NCBI GenBank assembly: GCA_001724265.1
Contig: MEDY01000025.1
Span: forward strand, 1 to 64,000
Length of the DNA stretch: 64,000 nt
DNA from: Rhizaria sp. SCN 62-66
Lineage: Eukaryota
Direction of reading: 5' to 3'
Shown: positions 11,432-23,806 of the stretch, in pieces
Layout: every line of letters begins with the position of its first letter
How positions within the stretch are numbered: the stretch's first letter is position 1
The notes under the pieces: generated by a model
What the model was told of the DNA's origin: nothing
Databases searched by the model: none
Seen by the model: the letters and a program-made list of their open reading frames with translations, nothing else
Translations under genes and position numbers: made by a program

Positions 11432-14400
11432 ATGTCGCACCATCGTCCGATCAACTCACACAAGCAGCAGGAGCAGCAGGGCCAGCGCCACCAACAGCAG
11501 GGGCAGCAGCAGTACTCTTAGCAGCACCAGCTAGGGCGACAACAACAGCAGCTCTTGTTTTCCCACAGCAGCACTCGCTTACACGCCGATGCTCGCGCAA
11601 GCAACTCTGCGACTGCGCCTGCAACTACTGACGCCGATGCGGATGCCGCCGCGGCTGTGACGGCGGCTGCGATGCAAGCGTCGCTCTCTCGCATTGCCGC
11701 AGCCCTCGCTCACACAACAACATACGCGCCACCTGCCCCTGCCCCTGCCCCTACCCCCGCTGCCCCTCCTGCTGCCTCCGTGGCCGCCGCGCTAGCCGCC
11801 GCCGTCGCCGCCGCCGCCGCGCCCTTGTCTGCCACGTCATCCACCTCCGCAGCGTCCCAGTCTGCTGCGGCGCTGCTGACTGCGGTGCGCTCTGCCCAGG
11901 CCGCCGCGGCCGCCAACAGGCTGAGGGCCTGGCTCCGGGCCGCGACGGCCGCCGCGGTCGCCGAGGCCGAGGCCGCCGCCGCGGAGGCCAAGGCCAAGGC
12001 TGAGGCCGAGGCTGCCGCCAGTAACAATCATAACAGCGAGGGGGACGACGACGACGACGAATATGAAAGCGGCCTAACTTTGCTGCCGGGCTTCCGGCGG
12101 CTGAGCACCCCTTTCGGCCTCAGTGCTTCGGCGCTGGCGGCGGCGAAAGGCGGCGCCGGGAGCGGCTTAGCTTACCTGCTGCCCTCGCAACGGCGCCTGT
12201 TATCACTAGCGCAGGCGCAGGCGCTGGAGCGGGCCGATGCCGCCAAGGCCGCCCGGGAGGCGGCCGAGGCGGAGGCGGGGGCGGCGGCGGTCGCGGCGGC
12301 GGTTGCGGAGGCCAAGGCCGAGGCCGAGGCCGAGGCGGGGGTCGTTACTACTGATGGCCCTTCACATGTGAGTGCTGTCAAGCCTAAGACTGAGGCTGAG
12401 ACGAAGGCCAAAGCCAAGGCCAAGTTGTTGTCTCTGAGCAGCAGCAGCGACAGCGACACCAGCAGCACCAGCAGCAGCAGCAGCAGCGACAGCAGCGACA
12501 GCAGCGACAGCGACTCAAGCTCCAGCTCTAGCTCTAGCTCTAGCTCCAGTTCTAGCAGTAGCGACACTGACACTGACAGCAGCAGCAGCAGCAGTGACAG
12601 CGAGAGTGATGCTGAGGCGAGCAGTAGGTTTGAGCACAAGACCAAGCGTTTCTGTCCCTTGCCAAGCAAACCAGTGACGGCGGCACTCACTGCTGCCAAG
12701 GCCAAAGCGAAGACTGTGTTCAAGGCGAAAGATAAGCCGCGTGACATGGAAGTTAGGCCGCGTCTGTCCGAGCGCTTTTTGCCGACAACACGTGCGCACA
12801 TGGTACTGCTGCTGCAACAACAGCAACATCAGGACGAGCTCCAGCAGCAGCAGGGATTGCTCGGCCACTGCCACGTCTGCTTACAGTCCTTTGCGGCCTG
12901 CGCGCAGTCGCTCGCACTCGCCGCCGCCGCGGCCGCCGCAGCCGCTGCTGCTGCTGCTGCCGCCAATGGCCCGCAGCCGCAATTGCAGCCGCAGCCAGAG
13001 GTGCCGGAGCCGTGCGTGCAGGCGCTGCACTCGCGGTCGCGGTGGGCGCAGGCGCAAGCACGGCTGGTGCTAAGGCTGGGGCCGCTCAAGGCGAAGAAAC
13101 AGCAACTGCAACAGCAGTTGCAGCAGCGGAGTGACTGTGATGTGAGCAAGAGCGATAACAGTGTCCATGACAGTAACAATGACACTGATGCTGCTGCTGC
13201 TGGCTCTGCATCTGTTGTTTCTTTTGATGTAAGTTCCCCTGACCCTGACTCGGGCTTCGCTTACCGCCCCCGCGGCACTGTCGTCACGCTCAAGAAGGCA
13301 CTTCCATCAGGACGCGACGCCCTTACACCAACTGCAGCAACAAACACTGCTGCTACGACTGCTGTGCCCGCACCTGCTGCTCCAGCGATGACTGACCCTG
13401 ACTCCAGTACTTCGGCTGCTGCTGCTGCTGCCGCTGCGGCGGCGGCGGCGGCGGCGACTGATCCTAACGAGCTCTTCCTGCGGTCGCTGTCTGAGCGCCA
13501 CGGCCCCGTGTGTGTGGCCGCCGCCTGGGCCCAACTGGACGCGGCGGTGGGCGATCCCGCCAGGAGGGCCGCGCTCTCGGGGGCACTTACACGGCTAAGT
13601 ACCCGGGCCCCGGGCGCCGACGGGACGCCGCAGTGGTTTTACTCTCGGCAAATGCGGACTCCCATCGGCACGCAGTCCATCCGTCCTCAGTACTCGCAGT
13701 CACGGGCACGGTCACATTCGCAGCCTCAGCCTCAACAGCAAGAGCTTGAGTCTGTTGAGCCTGAGGCTGAGCAGGAGCAAGAGCAGGAGCAGGAGCAGGA
13801 GCGATACTGGGCCTACTCGGCCAACATCGACTACAGCAACACAACTGCCATCGCCAGCGCTACCGCCGCGGACGCGGGCGCAGCCGCTACCGCCGCGGAC
13901 GCGGGCGCAGCCGCTGCCGCCGCCCCTGCTTTGCAGCTGCAGTCAGCCCAGTGGCAGCTTCAGTCCCAGTCCCAGTCGCAGTCCCAGTCCCAGTCTCAGT
14001 CCCAGTCCCAGTCCCAGTCGTTTTTCACCGCTGTGCGCGGCTGCCGCAGCGACGAGCGGCGCCTCTGCGAGTGGGCTAAGGGGATACTTACACATGGGGT
14101 ACCGGCGCAAAATGCGCTCACACAACTCAGCACGACTGCGACCGACAGCTGCAGCAACAGTAATCGTGACGCCAGGGATGCTGCGACTGCCAGTGCGAAT
14201 GCTGCTGCGAATCCTGCTGCCAATGTCACTGCTAGGGCCAATGCTCGTGTGAGTTCCAATGCCAATGCGCGTTCGAGTGCTGCCAATGATCGCCGTTTCC
14301 CCACGTGCCCCTTCGTGCCCCCGCCCTTTCCCAGGCAGGGACTTGCGGCTGCGTCTAAGGGGCACTTAGACGGCGCTGACCGGGGGTACTTAGACGCGTC

Positions 14401-16358
14401 TAAGTGGGGCAGCGAGTGGGCCCGTGATATGTGGGCTCTGGCACCACAACCACCGCAGTTGACACCAGCAACAGCAACAGCAGCAGACACCGCGGCAACA
14501 GAAGCTCGTGTTTTTTCCACTCCCATGGGTGATGATGATGGCGACAGAGATGTGACCAATCGTAGCACTGCTCCTGTCGTCGACGCTGCAAACGCAGATT
14601 CTAGCGCAAGGACGAGCGCGAGTGGGGGTGACGCGCCGTCCTCTGAGCTCATCGAAGCCTTCTACGCCTCCGTCACCGCCCCCGCCCCCGTCGCATTCGT
14701 CCCGGCCACCGCGTATGTAAGTATCCCTGACCGTCTGAGTGCCCCGGCTCGCGACAGCGCCGGCGACAACGGGAGTGATGGCTGCAGCAGCAGTGGCGGA
14801 GACTGGGGCAGCGAGAGCGAGAGCGACGACGAGAGTGCCAGCGCCAGCGCCAGCGCCAGTGCCAGCGCCAGTGAAAGCGAGAGCGAGATTGCTATCTGTT
14901 TTGATACTAGTGGCATTAACGCAGAGTCCGATACCGATACCGAGACTGTGACTGTGCGCTCTCCCAGCTGCACGCGCTTTGCCTCAGCGGGCCCTCTGTT
15001 GCGCATCAAACAACTCAAGCAGAAACTCGAGCGATCAGCCCCCACAGCAACAGCTGCAACGGCTGCGACGACGGCGGCGACAGCACCGACTGCAACTGCG
15101 ACTCAAGAGCTAGAGCTGGAGCCAGTGCTGCTGCAGCCGCAAACGGCCTCAGACTCCGACTCCGAAGCCGACTCTGAGTCTCCATCGCGGTCGCAGCCTC
15201 ACTCCCAGTCTCAGCCCGCCCGCGTGTTGCTGGGCCAGGGCCCGTGGCCGGCGACCTACGGCAGCGTCCCGGGCGCCGCCCGCGCCGCGCCCGTGGCCGT
15301 GCTGAGGGCCACCCACCACGCCTGGGGCGCCGCGCGCGGCCGCAGGGTCAGGACCCGGGCCGCGGCGTCGGCGCTGCTGCTGCGACTGCAGCAACAGCTG
15401 GGACAGCACCAACAGCAGCAGCCGCAGTCGCATTTTCAGCAGCGGCAACAGCAGCAGCAGCAGCGGTTATTGCAGTCGCGTGTGCAGGCATTGCGGTCGC
15501 GGTTGCTGTCGCAGTCGCTCGAGGCCCAAGTGCTGACTATCACCAGCCAAAACAACGCGAGCATGGGCTACGGCGCAACCGCAGGCAATTACGCCTCTGA
15601 TGCTTTCAATACTGGTCATGTTACCGGTAGTATGATGAGCCCCAATAGCACTCACATGAGCGATAACGGCGCGCTTCCCAGCTCTGTGTCGACCAACAAC
15701 AGCAACTCCAACGCAACTCCCACGCACGTAACTGCCAATCTCAACAACAGCAGCAGTAGTGGCTCAACTGCTTTGAGCAGTAGCAGCGCTAGTCAAATTA
15801 ACAGCAGCAGCAGCGGCAGTGGCGGCGGCGGCCACCAGGGCGGCCGCCGCAGCCGCGCGCTGCCGACGCTGACGTCCATCAGCGCCCTCTCCCATCTCAC
15901 AGTTACGACTACCGCCACCGGCGCCGCGCTGCCCGCGGGGGCGGCCGCCGGCGCTGGCGCGGGCGCAGGGGCCGCAGGTGGCGGCGGCGGCGGCGGGGGG
16001 GCGACTGGGGGGGTGCTGACGTTTCCTGAGCTGCTGCTGCTGCAGCATCCTAAGCTGGCGCCGCCGCCGCCGCCGGCCGCGTTGTCTCCGCAGCAACAAC
16101 AGCAGCAGCTCCAGCAGTGGCTGCAACTGTGGCAGCAGCAGGCGAGCCCTACCAGCAGCGTCTCCGGCCACAGCCTTAGCAGCCTCAATGGCCTCAGCCT
16201 CGGCAGCGGCGGCAGCAGCAGCGGCGGCAGCAGCGGCGGCGGCGACTGCTTTGACGAAGACGATAACAACGATAACGATACTGAGAGTGACGGCGAGAAC
16301 GCCGGCGCCCGCACGCCCACCAACGCCGGCACGAGCACCAACATCAACGCTAATGCCC

Positions 16359-16402
<44 letters not shown>

Positions 16403-17501
16403 GGCTCTGGCGGCCGCGGCTATCCGAGCACGGCCACTGCCCCGATCATCAACACGACGCACTACCTCACTGCCCTCAACGCCGTCAACGCGAGCTCGAG
16501 CATTAGCAACAACAGCAGCAGCAGCGCGAGCGATAGTAACGCTGGCTCTGGCTCTAGCTCTGGCTCCGGCGCTAGCAGTGGCAGTGGCAGTGGCAGTGCG
16601 ATGGCGCTAAGTGCAGGGTTCGCGAGCTTCGTGACGAGCACGAGCAGTAGCGAGCTGCAGCAGCTACAGCGGCGCATCTGCTTCCGACGCTCGCTGATTC
16701 ACGACTGGGGCGTCTTCGCGCTTGAGGCGATCCCCCCCGCTTCCTTCATAGTCGAGTACCTCGGCGAGTACCTCCGCAAGCCCGTCGCGGACATCCGCGA
16801 GAAGCGCTACCAGGTACGGGATTACGAATTCAATTGACTTTTGAGAATGTATATATTGATATAATGAATCAAAATGCACATCAATCGTGTAATTTACTGC
16901 TTTCTATATTATACTATAATTAAATCTCTCATCACCCCGGTATACCCCTATTTTGTATCTGTTTAATCACTAATCACCGAAGGCGGCCGGTGTGGACAGC
17001 TCGTACCTGTTCGCAATCGACGGCTGGAGCGGCTGGGGCGGCTTTGGCGGCGGCGGACGCCTCGACAGCGGCGGCGGCTGGGTCATCGACGCGACCGTGC
17101 GCGGCAACATTGCGCGCTTCATCAACCACTCGTGCGCGCCTAACTGCAACGCGTTCGTGGTCCAGACCGGCGGCCGGCCGCGCATCGTCATTTGCTCCAC
17201 TAGGTATGCACTCAAACAATGGATGGCTGCTTGGCGATAATAATATGTGACTATTAACATGAATTTGTGTCACAACATGCGCACATAAGTTTAGTGTATT
17301 ATTCTTAAGTTTTGTCGCGATCGGTCAATATCTTGCTCACTATATCTCACGTTTCATGTACCACATTGCTGTTTCTTTGCTATTGCGCGTAGGGCGATTG
17401 CGAAAGGCGAAGAGATCGTGTACGACTACCAGTTCGAGAGCGAGGAGGAGAAGATTCCGTGTCGCTGTGGCGCCAGCACCTGCCGTGGCACTCTCAACTA
17501 A
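11432..17501 (+). CDS. SET1: SET1/COMPASS-type histone H3K4 methyltransferase. Exons 11432(?)-16813, 16983-17203 and 17393-17501
   Basis: C-terminal SET domain [17 protein letters not shown]...[55 protein letters not shown].|..[10 protein letters not shown] plus post-[19 protein letters not shown]. Start is uncertain: ATG 11432 needs TAG readthrough at 11519, otherwise ATG 11672. Confidence 0.85.
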
Positions 17502-18232
17502 CCGCAACCAACACGTGCAAGACATACGACGTCTCAGTGCATTTGCAGTACGTGCATGGGACACGTTAACAAGCGTCTAAGGAGAGACGAAACATATAAC
17601 GAAGATACCTAGATTAAGATTAATATAACCTAATGAATATAATGTGATACAGTGCAACATGTCTTTAGAATGAGGTCGGTAGAGACTTGTTTGTTTCAGG
17701 ATAACATTACTGTCTGTGAATACAAAGCGCTACTTTGAGTACGTACATACGGACGTAATATGAATATGTGTCTTTGTATCAATCATAGTTATAAAACAGT
17801 GTTTTGTTGTTATTGTAATTTTTTTCTAATATGTTGTTATTTTGCATTTTGTGTGTTGTAATATTACTATTTTGTTCTGGTGTTTACATCGTATAATCTA
17901 AGTCATACCAAGTTGCGTTACGACGAACAAAGAGACCTGCTGGACAGTGATGACGGCAAAGGCAATGTTAAAAAGATAAGATGCAATGAGATTGCAGCTA
18001 TTGCTGTCGCTGTTGCTTGAGATCAGCAGCTTCCTGTTGCTGCGGCATGAGTATCATGCCATGAAACTGCCTCAGAAACTAATCTCTGTCATCCATGGTA
18101 GATGGAAGTTAACTAACCCTCCATCCTACGATCAGCCGGTCCCCCTTCCTTCTCTGTTCGCGTCAGAGAGAGAACGCACGCCGAACGCAACGCGCGTCCC
18201 CCCCTTAGATTGTAAGTACTTGGATCCCGCAC

Positions 18233-19051
18233 TTAGATCTCGACCTTGGTCTCCTCGATGCCGTCCTTGGTAACAACCTTGATGGTCCAGGTGTCGAGGT
18301 TGAGCAGGAAGCGCGTGCGCAGCTCGCGGAAGGCCTTGCGCAGCAGCTCCTTGCCCTCCTCGAGCGTCATGTCCTTGTGCCAGAAACGGTCGAAGAGCGA
18401 GAGAGTGAAGTTGGACGCGTGGCCCTGGGAGGAGTACTTGACGGGCTGCATCGAGGCCAGGTAGTCCATGTAGTACAGCGCGGGGCCATCGACCTCGTCC
18501 ACGCCCGCCAGCAGAATGTTCACCTGGATTGGGTGCGCAGCGGAACAAAGCGCAAGACATGAACGACAAGGTTAGAGACAGAAAAGAGAGAGAGTCGTTG
18601 TAAGATTTGTCGGATCATAAAACACGCATGTTGATCGGGAAGATGACTTCAGAGCAAAACAATCTTTGGATATAGCAAAACAAAAGCAAAACGACATTTA
18701 GCTAAATCATAATTGTTTTATCAACGTCTTGTTGTGGGCATGAACAGTGTGGCGTACCTGCTTGGGGTTGGAGCGGAGCGCCTCTGCGAGCTGCTCGCGC
18801 GTGAAGTTGGCGATGGCCTTGGTCGAGAGCGTGTGGCCCGCGCGCAGCTCGTTGAGCGCCACGTTAGAGCGAATGTACTCGCCGAAGTTCATGCGGTCGC
18901 CCTGCGGGCCCGTCATGGCCATAAGCGTGGTGTTGTTGACCGCGATCGACTTGTCTTCGTCCTTGGTGTAGATCATGATGCTGCGGCCCGCGACGGCGTC
19001 GGTCGCCACCAGCACGTAGTCCTTGCCCACAATGCCGAACGAGGTGTCCAT
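18233..19051 (-). CDS. PSMB2: 20S proteasome subunit beta-4 (PSMB2/Pre1). Exons 19051-18758 and 18523-18233
   Basis: MDTSFGIVGKDYVLVATD..RSIM...DEDK..GDRMNFGEYIRSNVAL..ANFTREQLAEALRS.PKQ|VNILLAGVD..GPALYYMDYLAS..LSLFDRFW. GTACGC...CAG intron, stop TAA. Confidence 0.95.
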
Positions 19052-19762
19052 CGCTGCAATGACGGTGCGACGTATGGAGGGCGCGCAGAAGCGAGAGGTG
19101 AGCGAAAAAGGGGAGAAAGTGGGGAAGAGGGGTCAGAGTCTAGACGAGAGGGCAGAAGGGTTTATGGTTCAAGAAAACAGAGGAGAATTGCGGAGTACAG
19201 ACGCAGTCTGATGGTATGCTATAAATAAACAGGGTTAGATTTATAGCGGTGTTATTAGATCTTATTGCTGCAAAACGAATACACGGATGCTTCCATGCGT
19301 ATCGACTACCCAACGAGACCAAGACCCATCTTGTGGTTGAGACTGAGGGACCAACAACTGACTGGCCGACCGACGAAGAAGAATCAATCAATCAAAACGG
19401 TGGATTTTTGACCAACGGGACCGAAAAAGTCAGGCTGACCAAAAACGAGTGATTATGAACAAAAACAAGTGCATTCTAAGTAAGGCCTGTATTATTCTCA
19501 AGAAATACCAGTACATAATAAACAGAAAACATTGGCCCTTTCTGGTAATATCACTTATATACCACAGAACAGCAGATATCCCTCGCAAAAAAAAACCCGC
19601 TTTGAAGCAGATCTTTCCACGCATTTATCACAGTCCACTAAAACAACTCAAAGGAAGTCAAACAAAGCCCGAAGTGAACACATATCACCACTCAACCTCA
19701 GAGGCTACTTACGGTCCCTGTCAGGCAGTGATATCTGCGGCAGCGCGCGCGTTTTGCCCGCC

Positions 19763-20527
19763 TCAATCGAGGTCGAAGCCGGGGGGGAAGACGCCGGTCT
19801 GCAAGATCCCCTCAAGCACCGCGATCTCTTGCGGGGTCGTAGCGGCCTCGAACTTGGCCAGCAGCTTTACCTTCTGCTCCTTCGTCAGCTTCACCTTCTT
19901 CTTCGGCGCCGCAACAGCAGCCGCGGTGTCAGAATCCGCAGCAGCCGCAGTGGCAGCGGGGGCAGCGGCGTCAGCAGCAGCGGCAGAGGGGGCATTGACG
20001 ATAGCGAACGACGCGAGCGCTGCCCCCGCCTTAAGTTTGGCCGCCACGGCCGCGGCCTGCTGCCGCTCGGCGGGCGTCACGGGCGCGCAGTCGAGCACGG
20101 CCAGGTTGGGCAGCAGCGCCGCCACCAGCACGCGGTAGTTGGCCACCGTCTTGGTCACGGGGTTGCCGAGGAGCAGGAGAGTGGTGACCGTGGGCAGCGA
20201 TGCCAGCGGGGCAAGGTCCGCGGCGGCCGCCAGGTGGTTGTGCGACAGCACGAGCGTCTGCAGCGCCGGCAGCGCGGCGCCCAGCTCGGGTGCGAGCGCC
20301 ACGATGCGGTTGCCACCCAACAGCAGCGTCACCAGCGTGGGGAGGCGGGGGAAGTTCTCTACCTTGACGATCTCATTCTCGCTCAGGTCGATCGCCTCGT
20401 AGAGGTCGTTGGTGATGCCGAGGTTCTCGATGAGCGGGATCTGGTGCCCGCGCAACCCCAGCTCGCGCTGCTTCAGCGGGTTCAGGTACGACGGCGCCGT
20501 GCGCAGCAGCTCGGGAGTCAGCCGCAT
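19763..20527 (-). CDS. SNRPA1: U2 snRNP protein A' (LRR)
   Basis: MRLTPELL..APSYLNPLKQRELGLRGHQIPLIENLG.T.D.YEAIDLSENEI.KVENFPRL..L.TLLL..NRI..GNPV....NYR. Stop TGA. Confidence 0.95.
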   Translation of the reverse strand: MRLTPELLRTAPSYLNPLKQRELGLRGHQIPLIENLGITNDLYEAIDLSENEIVKVENFPRLPTLVTLLLGGNRIVALAPELGAALPALQTLVLSHNHLAAAADLAPLASLPTVTTLLLLGNPVTKTVANYRVLVAALLPNLAVLDCAPVTPAERQQAAAVAAKLKAGAALASFAIVNAPSAAAADAAAPAATAAAADSDTAAAVAAPKKKVKLTKEQKVKLLAKFEAATTPQEIAVLEGILQTGVFPPGFDLD

Positions 20528-20994
20528 CTGCGCCAGAGATTAACAGACGGCAGCAACAAAGCAAGAATTACATGGCAAAGGAGGCAATGTGAGAGAATAC
20601 GAAAATAGAATAAAGATAAATATGTTATAATATTGTGTGGGGTAGTGCTAGAATTTGATTTGACGTTCGGATCATGCCGCACGAGAGGAAACTTTTAGCC
20701 AAGTTGCGGCCGTTTGCCGTTCGCCACTGGGCTCTCGCTTGACGTCCTCAAGCTGGTCACTTTCACATCAGAATCTGCTCATATATCGCCTTTTCCTTGA
20801 TATATTTTGGTTTTTCGCACTTAAATTGCTTTTTAGTGCATTTATCTATTAACAAATCTCTATTATACTCTTTTTGTCTTGCACTAGAGCAGTTTTTGCG
20901 TCAGCTCCACGAAGACCCTTCTCCAAGCTTTGCCTCCCACCAACACCGCTAGCACGCCACTACCCCCTTCCTTCGCTCTGCCCGCGCGCGCCCG

Positions 20995-23091
20995 ATGGCC
21001 AAGAGCCGGTTCGAGTATGTCAAGGAGTTCGAGCAGGACGACAAGCTGCTGCCCGAGTGCTGGATCGTCGTCCGCGTCGACGGCAAGCAGTTCAGGCCGT
21101 ACGTTCCCCGCGCAAGACACGGGATTTCACCGCATATATCACCTCCAATCAAACAAATGTTTGGCTTCGCGGGTTCATCGATGTGTTTTTTGTTATGACG
21201 TATTAATTTTTTACACATGCTCATATTCTTTCTCAGAACCATGCTTCTACTTGACAACACACATCTCACTCCTTTCTCTCTGCGCTCTCTGTCCCCCTCT
21301 GTTGCCTCCTCGCTGGCCGCAGCTTCACCGACGCGCACGGTTACCTGAAGCCCGTGGACGACCGCGGCACGAAGCTGATGAACCGGTGCGCTGCCGAAGT
21401 GATGCGGCAGTGTCCCGACGTCATCCTCGCGCTCGGGGCCAGCGACTAGTTCTCGTTTGTGCTCAAACGGTCCTCCGTGCTCTTCTCGCGCCGCGCGGGC
21501 AAGATCGCGACGTTTCTGGCCTCAGCGTTTACAGCCGCATTTGTCTACCTCTGGCCGCAGTACTTCGGGCCCCGCTCGGCGCGGCTGTGCGCTGAATACC
21601 ACTCTGCCGGGTCGATCACTGGCAAACTGGGCAAGCTGGCTGCGCCGGGGAGAGACAAAGCGGCAGAGCGAGTCAAAGCTGTGGCGAGTGATGACATCAG
21701 TGGCGAGGGCGATTTCGCGGGCTGTACTGAAGCATCTGCAGCTGATGCGACTCCGACGGCAGCGGAGGCTAAGGCTGAGGCTGTGGCAGCTGCTGCAGCG
21801 GCAGAGGAGGAGGAAGAGGCAGCTGTGTCCGCCGCCGCGGCCCGGGCCGCCAGGAGGGCCCAGCCAAGCGACAACGGCTCTGTGTCCACGACGAGGCCCT
21901 GCCGCGCGCTGCCCGCCGCCGCCGCGAAGCGCCTTGTTTCCGCCGCCGCCGCTGTGGCAGCCGCGAACAACGTCAAGTCAACCGACGACTTGAACAACAA
22001 CAGTGCTGCTGCTGCTGCTGCTGCTGTTCCGAGTGCGGCCCGCCCGCTCTCCCTGCCCGCGCTGACGGACTTGCGGGGCACGCGCCTGCGCTTTCCCGCG
22101 CCGAGCTTCGACGGGCGCGCCGTCTGCTACCCCACCGACCGCGCGCTAAGGGACTACCTGTCCTGGCGGCAGGCCGACTGTACGTCCCGATGGCGCTACT
22201 TAGAATGAATACCACACTCCTTCTTATAACTGCTCTTTATTCAATCCCGATGTAATACTTCTATTTTTTTCTGGAAAAATATATATATTTATGTCCTTTT
22301 GTTGCAATGATGCGATGCCATATTCTATCTTCATAACTCTCTCCTCACCTTGTCGCTTTCTTTCCATTGGCTTGTACGTACGCTTTGACTCCGCTCTTGC
22401 ACATGTGAACTTCTCGTCTTGCCACCACTCAGACCACATCAACACAATGTACAACACGGCCTTCTGGGCGCTGGTCCAGCTCAAGGGCCTCTCCCCGCGC
22501 GCCGCTGAGCAAACGTTGACCCCGACCAACAGCGAGGGGAAGCACGAGGTGCTGTTCTCACTGGGGATCAACTACGCGAAGCTGCCGGCCGTCTACCGCA
22601 AGGGCTCGCTGCTCATCTGGTCGGACGACAACAAAACCAGCACTGGCAGCGTTAAGGCGAGTCACGGCAATGGCAGCGGCAGCGCGACGCAGTTGAACGC
22701 CCTGAACGCGACTGCCGGCGGTGGCGAGTCGAACGCTGCTGCTGCTGCTGCGGCTACTGATGGTGGTGGTGGTGGTGGTGGCAGCGGTAAGCTGAGTGCA
22801 GCTGCTGCTGACGCGGACGCCGACTGCGAGGGCGAAGGCTGGGGCTGGAGCGACGCTGAGTGCGATCTCGACGCGTACGGGCAGGAGATCAGCTCCAGTG
22901 TAAGTACCCCCTTAGACGCCGGCAAGCAGCAGGGCCAGCAGCACCAGCAGCAGCAGCACTTAGACGATGTAAGTGCGACTGTAAAGCGCCCTCGCCACGC
23001 CAACAATCACAATAACAACGGCGACAGCAACGACGGCGACGACGACGACGACGCAAGCCTCACCAGCTCAAGCCACGCGAACCTGAACCTG

Positions 23092-23128
<37 letters not shown>

Positions 23129-23424
23129 GCAGCAGCAGCAGCATGAATGCGGCTGCGAGTGCCGGTGCGCCGCGCAAAGTGAAGCGCGGCCGCCGGCAGA
23201 TCGTGGTGCTGCACTGCGACTTGATCGGCGACGCCTTTTGGCAGCAGCGGCCGTGGTTGCTGCCGTATGTGTCGCCCAAAGACAGGGCCAAGGCCGAGTA
23301 CAAGGACCGGAAAAAGAAGGAAAAGGGCGCTACTAACGCTGCTGCCGCTACCGCGCAACAGCAGCAGCAACAGCAGCAAGGGCAGGACAGTGATCGTGAG
23401 ACTAGCGTTGCACACTGCCTCTAA
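20995..23424 (+). CDS. THG1: tRNA(His) guanylyltransferase Thg1 (~650 aa). Exons 20995-21098, 21323-22179 and 22433-23424, with an in-frame TAG at codon 77
   Basis: [28 protein letters not shown]...[75 protein letters not shown]. Both introns are GTACGT...CAG. Stop TAA. Confidence 0.93.
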
Positions 23425-23806
23425 ATGGAACTGTTTGTTATCTAGACTGAACTTTATAGCTACGCATCGTATTTAAATCTTTATACAGAATGAGAGCTGT
23501 ATTTGATCGTATATTAAACATTGTTTTATCTTTGAAAATAGGAGCAAAATTAGATGTTAGACTCGTATTGCGTCTTGCGAGCAGTCTCCCCAAGGGTGGC
23601 TGCGCAGCGCGAACGACGAGGGGAAAGAACTTGAAAACCGGAAAAATGAATATTAAAAACCACGTGCACTTTACCAAAAAGCGCACTCACATATAAAATC
23701 ATGAACAAAAGACCACAAACACACCGAAACAGAATCAGAAATCGCAACAACAACAACAACAACGACACACATTCAGCGATCATCTAGTTTCTCTACCGCT
23801 TTCAGC

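Noticed and set aside
22900-22915. GTAAGTACCCCCTTAG looks like a 16-nt GT-AG microintron
   Set aside because: Removing it would frameshift the intact THG1 exon. Most copies start CTAAG and many are antisense, so it is treated as DNA motif A.
20995-23424. THG1, MRH and Dad4-like genes as pseudogenes
   Set aside because: Each has exactly one lesion, always TAG, with no frameshifts and with intact splice sites and motifs. Three independent TAG-only lesions are better explained by recoding, although sequencing error is not excluded.
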